The notes beneath the pieces were generated by a model, which had not been told where the DNA came from, made no database searches, and saw nothing but the letters and a program-made list of their open reading frames with translations. From positions 1,009,432-1,073,431 of the forward strand of contig JAHPZH010000001.1 of NCBI GenBank assembly GCA_019058315.1: 64,000 nucleotides of DNA, in the 5' to 3' direction. The translations under genes were made by a program, and so were the position numbers. Shown in pieces: positions 15,001 to 29,650 of this stretch. Each line of letters starts with the position of its first letter. Positions within the stretch are counted from its first letter, which is position 1. The DNA comes from Candidatus Helarchaeota archaeon (GTDB taxonomy: Archaea > Asgardarchaeota > Lokiarchaeia > Helarchaeales > RDOG01).

Positions 15001-18000
15001 TGTATCTGTAGGAGATGCCGGTGCACCTGTAGCTGTTCTTTGATCATCATAACGAACTGTTACAATAGTACCATCTATAGCCCATATTTCATCTTCTCCA
15101 TCATTACTACTAGTAGTACTGAATTTGAATGAACCTAAGAAAATACCAGAACTTGCTCCAGTTTCCGTTAGTATTACTGATATACCTGAGGAATCTTGAG
15201 TACTTGTAACATTGATACTTACAGTATCTAGACCACCAGTAGTGTCCAAATCTGCATCGATAACATTAACTGATGCAGTTGCTAAAGTACCGTAGTAATA
15301 ATCTTCATCCAATTCAACTGTTCCAGTATATGTTTGAATCCAATTAGCTGTATCTGTAGGGCTGGCACTTGCACCAGTCACTGTATATTGATCATCATAT
15401 CTCACTGTTACGACAGCTCCATCATGTATTTTGATTCTATCTTGAAGATCATTACTACTAGATAAACTAAAATAAAAAACACCATCAAAAATACCAGTTG
15501 TACCTCCTGTTTCTTGTAATTGAACACTAATAGAACCAGCCCCTGTAGTTGTACTAGTAACATTAATATTGACAGTGTCAAGACTACCTGTAGTATCAAG
15601 ATCTTTATCATTGACTGTAACAGTGGCCGTAGCCCCAGTTCCATAATAATTAGCTGCATCTAATACTATCGTTCCAGTATATGTCTTAATCCAAGTTGCT
15701 GTAGCTTTAGGTTTTGCAGAACTACCTGATGCAGTCCTCGCATCATTATATATAACCATTATAGTGTTTCCATCTTCCGCCCAGATTTTATCTAAAGGAT
15801 CATTACTTGGTCCGCTTTCTATAAAAGTGAATGTGCCTCTAAAAATTGGAGAATTGAGAGGATCAGCCCCTGTCTCGGTTAGTGTGACAGTAATTCCAGG
15901 GGAAGGATCTACAGAACTATTTACATTTACAATGACGGTTTCAGTTAATGAAGGATTGGTATTCAAATCCGCATCAGTAACTGTAATAGTAGCTATAGCT
16001 GCAGTTCCATAATATTGAGCTTTATCCAAAACCACTATACCAGTATAAGTTTTGATCCAAGTTGCAGAATCTTTTGGTGTTGCTGATTTTCCTGTGGCTG
16101 TATAAGTATCATTATAAATAACCATAGTGGTATTTCCATCACCAATCCATATTTTATTATTAGGATCATCACTTGGATATGTAAGCTTAAAGGTGAAAGT
16201 TCCATTGAATTCACCAGTTGAAGCTCCTGTCTCAGTTAATTGAACAATTATTCCAACTGGGTCATTTGAGCTATTAACTCTGACATTAACAGTATCCGGC
16301 GAACCCGAGGTGTCAAGATCGTCATCATTTACAATAATTGTTGCTACTGCAGCTGTGCCATAATAGGCTGTTTTATCTAATTCAATTGAACCTGTGTCTG
16401 TCTCGATCCAAGTTGCTGTCCTTTTTGGTTTTCCTGGCTTACCTGTAACTGTTCTTGAATCATTATATATTGCTTTAACTGTATCCCCATCTAATGCTTT
16501 AATAATATCACTAGGATTATCGCTACTAATTGTACTAAATTTAAACGTTCCTTCAAAAACACCCGTATGGACTCCTCCTGCTTCAAATAAACGAACCTCA
16601 ATACCAATATTATCACTCGTGCTGTTAACATCAACATCTACAAAATCAATTCCACCTGTGGTATCTAAATCAGAATCTGTAACGGTAATTTTAGCTACGG
16701 TATCTGTTCCATAATAAGTAGTTGCATTTAGTTGTATTGTCCCAGTTACTCTAGCAATCCAAGTTGCAGAAACTTTTGGTCTTGCTGAAGCTCCTGATAC
16801 AGTATGTGTATCATTATAAATTGCTCTTGTTGTATTTCCATTCATTGCCCAAATGATATCTAATGCATCACTACTTGGAGAGGTTGTTTTAAATGTAAAA
16901 GTGCCTTCGAATATTCCTGAAACACCAGTGGTTTCAGTTAAGCGTACTATTATTCCAGAAGAATCCACTGAACTATTTACATTTACATCGACATAATCTT
17001 GTGATCCTGTAGTATTCAAGTCCAAGTCTGTAACTGTTATTTTTGCGACTGCAGCAGTTCCATAATAGATAGTTGCATTTAGCTGTATTGTCCCAGTTAC
17101 AGTCTCTATCCAAACTGCAGAATCCTTATTTCTAGTCGATGATCCAGAAGCTGTTCGTGAGTCGTTATAGATAGCTCTTACTGTATCCCCATCTTGAGCC
17201 CAAATGATATCACTAGGATCACTACTTCCAGCTGTACTAAAGGTAAAGTTACCTCTAAATGTGCTGGAATTTAGCCCTTCCTCATATAATCTTACAATTA
17301 TACCTGGAGAAGGATCTGATGAACTATTAACATTTATATTTTTAGATTCTTTTAAGGTTGGATTGGTATTTAGGTCTTGATCAACAACTGTAACTATTGC
17401 TAGTGCTCCCGTTCCATAATATGTAGCTTGCTCAATATCAATTGTGCCAGTATAAGTTTTAATCCAAGTTGCAGTAGCAGTTGGACTTGCGGAAGCACCA
17501 CTACTAGTGTGTTCATCATCATATCTTGCATATACTGTATCTTGATCTTGTGCCCAAATAATATTGCTATCATCATCACTACCTGTTTGACTGAAATAGA
17601 ATGTTCCTGTAAAAATACCAGTATGTGTACCAGTTTCAGTGCAAATTACACCAATACCATTTGCATCTGTATCGCTGGTAACGTTAATATTAACTGTATC
17701 AGCTCCACCAGTGGTATCAAGGTCAAGATCTGTCACAGTAATTAATGCACTTGCACTTGTCCCATAATATGAAGTTTTATCAAGTAAAATGGATCCTGTA
17801 ACCGTTGCTTCCCATATGGCTGTATCAGTTCTTGTAGTTGGTGATCCACCTATATCATATTGATCAGTATATCTTACTGTAATAGTATCTCCATCTGTAG
17901 CTTTAATTCTATCCGAAGGATCACTACTTGTTGTTCCAAAGGTAAAATTCCCATAGAATATACCAGAACTAACAGTGGTTTCACGTAATAACACATTAAT

Positions 18001-21000
18001 TCCTGCAGGATCGCTTGTGCTCCAGACTTCTATAGAAACAGTTTGTGAAGTGGCATTATTAGTATTTAAATCATGATCTGTTACCGTAACAAAAGCCCTT
18101 GCGGCTGTTCCATAATATATACTAGCATCTAAATTAATAGTACCACTCCAAGTTTTAGTCCAATTAGCTGAAGCCGTTGGGCTTGCAGAGGCTCCTGTTA
18201 TAGTATGTTCATCATTATATTTAACAGTAAAATCTCCACCATTTATTACATAAATATCATCTGTTGCATCATTACTTGCAGTATTATTGAAATATACCAC
18301 CCCAGTAAATATTCCAGAAGATACTGAAGTCTCTGTACATAAAACTTGAATTCCAGTCGGATCTATACTGGAATTGACATAAATTATAACACTCTGTGTG
18401 GAGCCAGAATCTGTATTTAAATCAGAATCTGTAACAGTAATAGTTGCAGAACTTAAACCAAAATAATCATCATCATCTAATTCTACTGTTCCTGTAACAG
18501 TGGCAGTCCATGTTGCAGTATCGGTGGGATTACCTGGTGCACCGGTTGCAGTCCTTGCATCAGTATATCTTGCGGTAATAGTGTCACCATCAACAGCCTT
18601 TATTATATCAAGGGGATCATTGCTGGTTGTGCCGAAAGTAAAATTATCGGTAAATACACTCGTATTTACACCAGTTTCGGTCAATTCAACTTTAATTCCG
18701 GTAGGATCACTTGTACTCCAAACACTAACATTTACTTTTTCAACAACACCTGCTTTTTTATTTAAATCTTGATCAGTAACAGTTATTATTGCCACTGCAC
18801 CTGTACCAAAGTATTCATCCGCATCAAGGATAATTGTTCCTGTATAGGTTTTAATCCACATACCATAATCATTTCTACTTACACTATCACCGTTAATATC
18901 TTTAGACTCGTCATAAAGAGCCCATACTTCACTTGCATTTGCAACTTTAATAATATCATTTGCATCGTTACTAGCTGCAGTGCTAAAATATAATGTTCCA
19001 GTAAATACCCCTGTATCAAGTCCTGTTTCATTACATTCGACTCCAATACCAATTAAATCCACAGAACTATTTACGTCTATATTTATTGTATCATATTGAT
19101 CATCATGTTGATTCTCATCAAAATCTTCAACCGTAATTGTGGCAATAGCTGATGTGCCATAATAATAAAAAGCATTTAAAAGAATTGAGCCACTTACATA
19201 AGTATACCAAATAGCGGTGTCATTTACATAAGCTGGTAAACCAGTAGCATTATTTGCATCAAAATAACGGGCTATTATGGAACTTCCATTCGTAGCTTCA
19301 ATAATATCGGAATCATCATTACTGCTGGAACCAAAAGTAAACGTTCCTTGGAAGATCCCAGTATTTGGTCCAGTTTCTGTACAAGTTACATTAATACCAC
19401 TTGGATCATCCGTACTCGTAACATTAACTTTAACACTTTCCGCAGCTCCTGGTAATTGATTTAAATCTGGATCAGTTACTGTAAGGTGTGCAGTTCTCCC
19501 ACTGCTATATGTTGCATCGTCTAATACACAAGTTCCGCTTGCAGTTTGAGTCCAAGATGCGGAATCGTTATGGACATCTGCAAGACCAGTATAATTATGA
19601 GCTTCAAAATACCATGCAAAAACAGTATCTCCTAATGAATTGACCCAAATTAAATCATTAGTATCATCACTTGCTGTGATACTAAACGAGAATGTACCAG
19701 TAAATACTCCCGTATTTACACCAGTTTCTGTACAAGTAACATTAATTCCCGTGGAATCTTGAGTGCTATTTACAGTAGCATTAACAGATTGTTTCGAAGT
19801 GGCTGCTGTATTCAAATCAGCGTCCGTAATAGTAATGGTTGCAGTTTCATAGGTTCCGTAAGATGATTGATCCAAATCGAGAGAACCAGTTTCTGTTGCA
19901 TCAAATGTAGCCGTATCAATTGGATTAGCAGAAGTGCCCGTAACTGTATATTCATCATGATAAGTTACAGTTACAGCATCTCCATCTTGAACATAAATAC
20001 GATCTAAAACATCATCACTTGGAGAAGTTAGTTTAAAGGTGAAATTTCCTGTAAATACTCCAGTTGATGCTCCGGTTTCAGTTAGTGTGACATTAATACC
20101 TATTGCATCAGAATCGCTAGTAATTGTAACATTAACTTGATCAGGTGAACCAGAAATATCTAGATCCGAATCTGTAACATTAATAAATGCGGTTTCACCA
20201 GTAATATAATCTTCTTTATCCAGACTAACAGAACCTGTAATAGTCGCATTCCATGTGGCTGTATCTGTGGGAGCATTTGGATAGCCATTATAATCATATT
20301 CATCATCATAGCGGGAAGTAATTATATCACCATCTACCGCTTGAATTGAAGTCCCTGGAACGCTTGCTCCAGAGGTAAATCCAAATATTCCAGTAAATAT
20401 ATGAGTTGTTGCTCCAGTTTCAGTTAGTAATATAAAAATTCCATAACCATCACTTGTACTCGTAACATTAACCGAGACTGTATCTGGACTAGCAGTTGTA
20501 TCTAAATCAAGATCATCCACAGTAATTCTAGCCTTAGCAGCAGTACCAAAATATTCAGTTGCATTTAATTGAATTGTACCAGTATGAGTCTGTTCCCATG
20601 TTGCTGTATCTGTATCATAAATATCTGCACCAGATTCATCATGTTCATCATAATATTGAACTGTAACAGTATCACCATCTGACACTTCTATTATGTCTAA
20701 ATTGTCATTACTAGTAGTTTTACTAAAATTAAGTAACCCTTGAAATATACCAGTGGTTGCCCCAGTTTCAGTTAGCGTAACATTAATACCCGTTGTATCA
20801 GAATCACTAGTAACTGTAACATTAATTTGATCAACACTACTTGAAATATCTAAATCGGTATCATTCAATGTAATAACAGCTGTCTGGTTTGGATAATATA
20901 CATTGTTATCAAAATAAACATCTCCTGTCATTGTCTCAATCCAAATAGCTTGTTTGTATGGATTTGCGCTTTCACCTGTTTCATCATGTACATCTGTATA

Positions 21001-24000
21001 ATATGCTCTTATATTTGATCCATTTAGTGCATAAATTAAATCATTCGTATCGTCACTTGGTGAAGTTATTTTAAATCCAAAAGTGCCATTAAATATACCT
21101 GTATTTACTCCTGTCTCAGTAAGGGTTACATTAATCCCCGTACTGTCTTGAGAACTAGTAACTTTTATAATAATATTATCAATACCTGAAGGATTTTCAT
21201 TCTCATCAAAATCATTAACTGTAAAAAGTGCAATAGCAGCAGAACCATAATAAATCGTGTTATTTAATGATAGAACTCCAGTAATTGTTTCAATCCAAGT
21301 CGCAGAATCAGAAGTACTTCCTGGAGGACCAGTTATTGTATGTGCATCATCATATCTGGCAGTAATACTATCATCATCAACTACTTGGATCATATCTGCT
21401 GTATCATTAGAAGTTACATTCACATAAAATGTCCCTGAGAAGATACCAGTGGTAGGTCCAGTTTCGGTTAATTGAACTTGTATACCAGCTCCATCACTGG
21501 AACTTGTGACATTTATAGTAGTTGTATCCGTACCAGAGGTGGTATCTAGATCTGAATCAGTTACTGTTGCAGTAATTTCAGCATCAGTACCAAAGTATTC
21601 TGTTTGATCTAATGCTATTGTTCCAGTAACTGTTTCAACCCATGTAGCAGTATCAGTTGGAGATGCTGAAGCTCCTGTTAAAGTATGTTCATCATCATAA
21701 CGGACTGTGATAGTATCCCCATCTAATGCTTTAATGATATTTGCTGGGTCATTACTACTACCTTTAGTAAAAATAAATGATCCATTAAATATACCTGTGT
21801 TGTCTCCAGTTTCAGTTAATGGAACACTTATTCCAATAGAATCACTATCACTTGTAACATTTACTTCTACAGTATCAGGACTGCCAGTTACATTAAGATC
21901 TGCATCGACAACAGTAATATAAGCAGTAGCTCCTGTTCCATAATAATAATCCGCGTCTAATTCAATCGTACCAGTAACTGTTGCTATCCATGTAGCTGTA
22001 TCAGTATGATTTGCAGAAGCACCACTTAAAGTATGTTCATCCTCATAACGAACAGTAATGATGTCTTCGTCAGCAACTAATATTTTATCATCAGGATCAC
22101 TGCTTGCAATTGTACTAACAATAAAAGTTCCATTAAATATGCCAGTAGTGGCTCCCGTCTCAGTTAATTGGACGCTAATACCGGTTGAGTCACTTGTACT
22201 AGTAACATAAACGTCCACTGTATCTGCACTACCAGTTGTATCCAAATCTGAATCTGTTACTGTGATAATAGGAATCGCTCCAGTTCCATAGTATGTATCT
22301 ACATCTAAAATTATTGTTCCGGTTACAGTAGCTATCCAAGTAGCACTATCTTTTGGGTTAGCTGAGGAACCCGTAACAGTATATGTATCGTTATATATCA
22401 CCATAACAGTATCGTCATCAGTAACCCAGATTTTATCTAATGCATCATCACTGGGTGCAGTAGTTTTAAATTCAAAATGACCAGTAAATATTCCAGTAGA
22501 CCCACCTGTTTCTGTTAATTGTACTTCTATACTATTTGGATCTGATGTGCTGTTTACTTTAACGTCAACCGTATCAGAACCTCCAGTAGTGTCTAAATCT
22601 TCATCTTCAACAGTGATATAAGCTGTAGCTCCAGATCCATAATAAGTTAATTTATCTAAATCTACCGTACCTGTGTAAGTTTTTATCCAAGTAGCAGTAT
22701 CTTTTGGTTTTGCAGGAGTTCCTTCTGCGGTTCGTGAATCATTATAAATTACCATAGTAGTATTGCCATCTTGAGCCCAAATTTTATCAGCAGGGTCATT
22801 GCTAGGTCCACTTTCTGTAAAAGTAAACTTTCCGGTAAATGTGTTTGTATTTACATCTGTTTCGGTTAATCGAACAATAATACCAGGTTGAGGATCTTTT
22901 GAACTATTTACATTTACATCAATAGTCTCAGCTACACTAGGATTGATATTCAAATCTGCATCAATAACAGTAATTGTTGCTTCTGCAGCGGTTCCATAAT
23001 AAGATGTTGCATCCAATTCAATAGTACCAGTATGAGTCTCGATCCAAGTTGCAGATTTCTTTGGTCTTGCTGAAGCTCCGGTTACGGTATAAGTATCATT
23101 ATATATGGTCCTAACAGTATCATCATCTTGAGCCCAAATAATATCACTAGGATCATTACTACTGCTTGTACTGAAGTAAAAATTCCCTTTAAATATCCCA
23201 GTATTAGAACCAGTTTCAGTTAAACGAACAATAATCCCCTCATTATCGCTTGTACTATTAACATTTACATCAACATAATCAGCTGATCCTGAGGTGTCTA
23301 AATCAGAATCTTCTACTGTAATTTCAGCAACTACATCAGTTCCGTAATAAGTCGTAGCATTTAAATTTATAGTCCCTGTCACCGTAGCTTCCCAAGTAGC
23401 TGAATCTTTAGGTCGTGCTGATGCGCCAGAAGCAGATCGGGTATCATTATAAATAACCATAGTTGTATTTCCATCCTGTGCCCAGATTTCATCACTAGGA
23501 TCATTGCTTCCAGAGGTACTGAACGTAAATGTCCCAGTGAAGGTACTCTGATTTACCCCAGTTTCAGTCAATTCAACAATAATTCCCGAAGCATCTAACG
23601 AGCTATTCACATTTACATCAACAGTTTCTATTACACCTGGATTTGTATTTAAATCAGCATCTGTTACTGTAATAGACGCCATCGCATCTGATCCATAATA
23701 TATACCAGCATCTAAAACAACCGTTCCAGAATAAGTTTTAATCCAAGTTGCAGTATCAGTCGGACTTGCAGAAGCCCCAGAGGCTGTATGTTCATCATCA
23801 TATCTTACAGTTATAGTATCGTCATCTTGAACATATATACGATCTAAAATATCATCACTTGGAGCAGTTAATTTAAAGGTGAAAGTACCCGTGAAGATTC
23901 CAGTTGAACCACCAGTTTCATCTAATTGAACACTAATTCCTGCTCCATCACTGGTGCTCGTAACGTTTACATTTACTGAATCTGTCCCTCCTGTTGTGTC

Positions 24001-27000
24001 TAAGTCAGAATCAATTACAGTTATTGTTGCTTCTGCACCAGACCCATAATAAATTGTTGCATCAAGATCAACAGATCCAGTAACAGTTGCTTCCCAAGTA
24101 GCAGTATCAGTGGTAGTAACAGGATTACCATACATATTTTTTGCATCACTATATCTTGCAGAAATAGTATCGCCATCGACAGCCTCTATTCTATCCAAAG
24201 GATCACTTGTTGTAGTGCCAAAAGAAAAATTCCCATAGAAAATCCCAGAATTTACAGTAGTCTCCCATAATAAAACATTAATTCCGCTAGGATAAGGATC
24301 ACTTGTACTCCAGACTTGTATAGAAACAGATTGTTTAGTAGCATCGTTAGTATTTAAATCAGGATCAGTAACATTGACATATGCTCTCGCAGCTGTTCCA
24401 TAATACGTAGCTGCATCCAATTCGATTGTCCCTGTATAAGTTTGAGTCCAATCAGCAGTATCAGAATGGTTTTGTGCTAAACCTGTTACATTATGTTCAT
24501 CATAATAACGTACAGTAACAATATCACCATCAGTTACATTAATTTCATCACCTGGATCATCACTTCCTAAAGTTGTAAAAGTAAATGTTCCAGTAAATAT
24601 TCCAGAATCCACTAAAGTTTCATCACATTGAACTTGAATTCCAGAAGTATCTGTAGTGGAAGTTACATAAATATAAACACTTTGTGTGGTTCCAGGGTCT
24701 GTATTTAAATCAGAATCTGTAACAGTCACAGTGGCAGTGCTCAATCCATAATATTCGAGTTCATCTAATTCGATTGAACCGGTAACAGTAGCTGTCCAGA
24801 TTGCAGTATCTGTAGGTTGAGCAGGTGTTCCTAAAGCAGTTCTTGCATCACTATATCTTGCGGTGATAGTATCATCAGGAGATACTTTAATAATATCATT
24901 ACTATCATCAGTAGTAGTTGTACTAACTGAGAATGTATTTCTAAACACACTGGTATTAACATTAGTTTCAGTTAATTCTACAGTAATTCCTGTAGGATCA
25001 CTATTACTCCATACACTAATATTAACTGTTTCATTGGCAAAAGCATCTCTATTTAAATCTTGATCCGTAACAGTAACTGTAGCCACTGCACCAGTACCAA
25101 AATATTCAGTTTCATCTAAATCAATTATGCCAGTATATGTTTTTATCCAAATACAATAAACATTTCTATCAACACCAATTCCATTAATATCTTTATCTTC
25201 CTCAAAAAGAACCCATACTTCACTTGCATTAGCAACTTTAATAATATCACTTGTATCACTACTTGCTGCTGTACTAAAATAAAATATTCCAGTAAATATC
25301 CCTGTATCAAGACCAGTTTCATTAACTGTTACTTGTATACCACTGAGATCTTCCGTACTATTTACTTTAACTTCAAATGTATTATAAGATGTGGGGTTTG
25401 TATTTTCATCGAAGTCATTAACAGTAACTGTAGCTGAAGCTGATGTTCCATAATAGTAGAAAGCATTTAATTCAATAGTTCCACTCACGTATTGATACCA
25501 TATTGCTGTATCAATTTTATCTTCAGGTAATCCGGTTGCATTTTTTGCATCATAATAACGAGCTGTTATCACACTACCATTAGTGGCTTCAATAATATCA
25601 GAATCATCATTACTACTGGTACCAAAAGTAAATGTTCCTTGGAAGATTCCAGTATTTGGTCCGGTTTCTGTACAAGTTACATTAATACCACTCGGATCAT
25701 CATCACTCGTAACATTAATTTTAACACTTTCTGAAGCTCCTGGTAACTGATTTAAATCTGGATCAGTTACTGTTATGTGTGCAGTTCTCCCGGTACTATA
25801 AGTTGCATCGTCTAATACACAAGTTCCGCTTGCAGTTTGAGTCCAAGATGCAGAATCGTTATGTACATCTGCAAGACCAGATGCATTATGAGCTTCAAAA
25901 TACCATGCAAAAATAGTATCTCCTGCTGAATTGACCCAAATTAAGTCATTAGGATCATCACTTGCAGTAATATTAAATGAGAATGTACCAGTAAATACTC
26001 CCGTATTTACACCAGTTTCTGTGCAAGTAACATTAATTCCCGTGGAATCTTGGGTGCTATTTACCGTAGCATTTACAGATTGCTTCGAAGTTACTGCAGT
26101 ATTTAAATCAGCGTCTGTAATAGTAATGGTTGCAGTTTCATAAGTTCCATAAGATGCTTGATCTAAATAAAGAGAACCCGTGACTGTTGCATCAAAAGTG
26201 GCTGTATCTATTGGATCTGCGGAATCTCCAGACTCAGTATATTCATCGTGGTAAGTTACAGTGACAGTATCTCCGTCTGATACTTTAATATATTCTAAGT
26301 CTTTACTATCGGTTAAATTGAATTGGAAAGTTCCGATAAATATGCCAGTATTTGCTCCAGTCTCAGTTAATGTTACATAAATACCAGAAGGATATGAAGT
26401 ACTAGTTACTGTAACATTAACTTGATCAAGGCCACCAGTAGTGTCTAAATCCGAATCGGTAACGTTAACAATTGCTGTCTCACCTGTAATATAATAATCT
26501 TTATCTAAGTCAACAGAACCTGTAATCGTTGCATTCCAAGTTGCAGTATCAATGGGAAATGCAGGATTACCATTTACATCATAAGAATCATTATATATTG
26601 CATAGATTATATCACCATCTGCAGCTTCGATTTTTCCTCCTCCAGAAGTTCCCGTTGTAAAGCCAAATGTATTAGTAAATATTCCAGTTGTCGGACCTGT
26701 TTCAGTAAGTATAACATATATTCCCGTACTATCGCTTGTGCTATTTATTTTCACTATTACTGTATCTGGAGTGCCTTTAACATCTAAATCCGAATCTGTT
26801 ACTGTAACAGATGCAATAACATCAGTCCCAAAATATTCAGTCGAATTTAGTTCGATATATCCTGAAACAGTTTGGTACCATGTTGCTGTATCATAATGAT
26901 TTGTAGGGTTTCCAGTAGCAGTATAAACGTCATAGTAATCAACAGTAACTGTATCACCATCCGAGACTAATATTTCATCTAATGGATCGCTGCTGGTTAC

Positions 27001-29650
27001 ATTATCGAATGTAAAGGTGCCTATAAATACACCAGTATTAGGACCAGTTTCTGTACATGTTACATTTATTCCAGTTAGATCCGAATCGCTTGTAACAATC
27101 ACATCAACTACATCATTTCCACTTGTGACATCTAAATCAGAATCCGTAACATTAATGGTTGCAGTTTCTCCAGTATAATATATTGTATCATCTAGCACTA
27201 CATCACCCGTAACAGTTGCATTCCAAGTCGCAGAGTCAGTAACATTTGCAAAGAATCCTTGTTGGTTGTGTTCATCGCTGTATGTGGCATTTATTAAATC
27301 ACCATCAGCAGCTTCAATTTTTCCACTGCCACTGGCTCCTGTTGTAAATCCAAAAGTTCCGATAAATATACCTGAATGAAAATCAGTTTCAGTACATTTT
27401 ACAGAGATACCCGAATTGTCGCTATCACTTATTACACTAATATAAACATCATCTGCAAGCCCTGAGGTGTCTAAGTCCATATCAGTAACATTTATTTGTG
27501 CAATAGCACCAGTTCCAAAGTATGCTGTAGCATTTAGAGTTATAGTACCCGTTACAGTTTCTATCCAAGTGGCAGATTTCTTAGGTCTTTTAGGATCTCC
27601 TGCAGAATCATAAGTATCATTGTAAATAGCTCGTACAATATCATTATCTGTTACTTGAATTGAGGTCCCTGGAACGCTTGCTCCAGTAGTAAATCCAAAA
27701 TATCCTTCAAATATACTAGAATTCGCATTCAATTCTGTTAAAGTTATAATAATACCACTATTATCAGATGTACTATTCACATTTACATTAATTGTTTCCT
27801 GAGTTCCCTCATCTTGATTTAAATCTCCATCAGTAACTGTAATTTTAGCACTTGTTCCAGTACCAAAATATTGAGTACTATTTAATGAAATAGACCCCGT
27901 AACGGTTTGGGTCCAATATGCAAAATCTAATACTAAAACTTCTGCACCAGTAACATCATACTGATCCATGTATCCAACCATGATCGTATCATTATCTGTA
28001 GCTTTTATATAATCGCTTGCATTATTACTAGAGGTGGTACTAAAGTAAAATGAACCTGTGAATATTCCAGATGTTCCCGTAGTTTCTGTCAAAGTTACCA
28101 ATATGAATCCAGCTCCGGGTGCGGTACTATTTACACCAATTTCGACATTTTCTTGACCAGAAGTTGTATTTAAGTCATAATCAATAACAGTGACATTTGC
28201 AATGGCATCTGTACCAAAATATTCTAGAGCATCAAGGTCAATTGTCCCACTCATCGTTTCAATCCAAGTTGCTGTGTCACTTGGAGTGTCGGGGTCACCC
28301 GTAGAAGTGTGATTATCATTATAAATCACTTGGACAGTATCATCATCAGACACACTAATTTGTGTTCCCGGAACACTTGGACCAGTTGTAAAACCGAACG
28401 TGCCAGTAAATACACCAGTATTAATGCCTGTTTCATTCAAAATAATAGTAATGGAACTAGGATCAGTTGTACTATTTACAGTAACATTAAATGTTTCTAC
28501 AGCAAGGGGATTTTGATTCTCATCGTCATCTATAACCGTTACAAGAGCAATTGCTCCCGTTCCATAATAATAAGTTGCATTTAAACCAACTGATCCTGTA
28601 GTAGTTTCCGTCCAAATTGCAGTGTCGGTCACAATAACAGGATTACCTATTTGATCGTGTGCATCATCATAAATGGCAGTTATGATATCTCCATCTGTAG
28701 CTTTAATAATATCGCTTGCATTATTACTGGACGAAGTACTAAACCAAAAGTTACCAACAAATATTCCAGTAGAAAGTCCTGTTTCGTCTAGTGTTACATA
28801 AATGAACCCAGCGCCAGGGGCAGTGCTATTAATTCGAATATCCACATCATCAGGATTGATGTCACTTATATTTAAATCTGTATCATTCACAGTCACTGTC
28901 GCTACAGCATCAGTTCCGAAATATTCTATTGCATCTAACTCAATCGTACCGTTAGTGGTTTTATACCACCAAGCACTGTCGGTAAATTGAGCATATTCAC
29001 CTGTACTTGTGTGAGAATCGTTATATCTGACTCCAAATAAATCGCGATGATCTACCCAAATTGTATTAGTGCCACTACCGGTGGTACTGAAATAAAGTAG
29101 CCCCGTAAAATTTGCTGTATTAGGACCAGTTTCTGTTAAATTCACGTATATACCAGTCATATCAAGCGGACTTATTACGTTTACTTGAACCCAATCTATA
29201 GTTGTCGCCGATATATTCAAATCCCGATCTATTACCGTAATAGTTGCGATAGCTCCAGTTCCATAATAGAAAGTTTCATCAAGCGAAACCGATCCAGTCC
29301 AGGTTTCATCCCAAGTTGCATTATCGATCCTGCTTGTAACATTTCCATTAAAATCTTTTTCATCTATATATATAACAGTAATTTCATCTAAATCTAATGC
29401 TTTAATAATATCGTCAGCATCACTGGATGAACCTTTTGTAAATGTGAAATTACCAATGAAGATGCTAGAATTAACTGAAATTTCTGTGCACCTAACTCCA
29501 ATTCCAGTCGAATCACTATCACTTATTACTTTTACGTCAACATATTCTCTAGATAATGGATCTTTATTCAAGTCAGCATCAGTAACGTTAATATAAGCTA
29601 CAGCCCCAGAACCATAATAGACATCTTCATCTAAATAAACACTTCCATTA
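1..29650 (-). repeat. ~85 tandem ~350-nt (~117-aa) Ig-like coding repeats
   Basis: Consensus G[TS]IxLDxxxY[YF]GTxAxAxITVTDxDLN…V…S..D..GIxVxLTETGxxTGIFxGxFxF…SxDxxDxIxxxDGDTxTxxYxD…G….DTAxW. About 85 YxG signatures were counted by eye from ~241 to ~29612, mean spacing ~350 nt. Confidence 0.93.

Noticed and set aside
1-29650. Regular ~350-nt periodicity as a CRISPR array, satellite or DGR cassette set
   Set aside because: Units are degenerate at synonymous positions and conserved at protein level. There are no identical short repeats with spacers, no adenine-specific variation was noticed, and no cas or RT gene is present.
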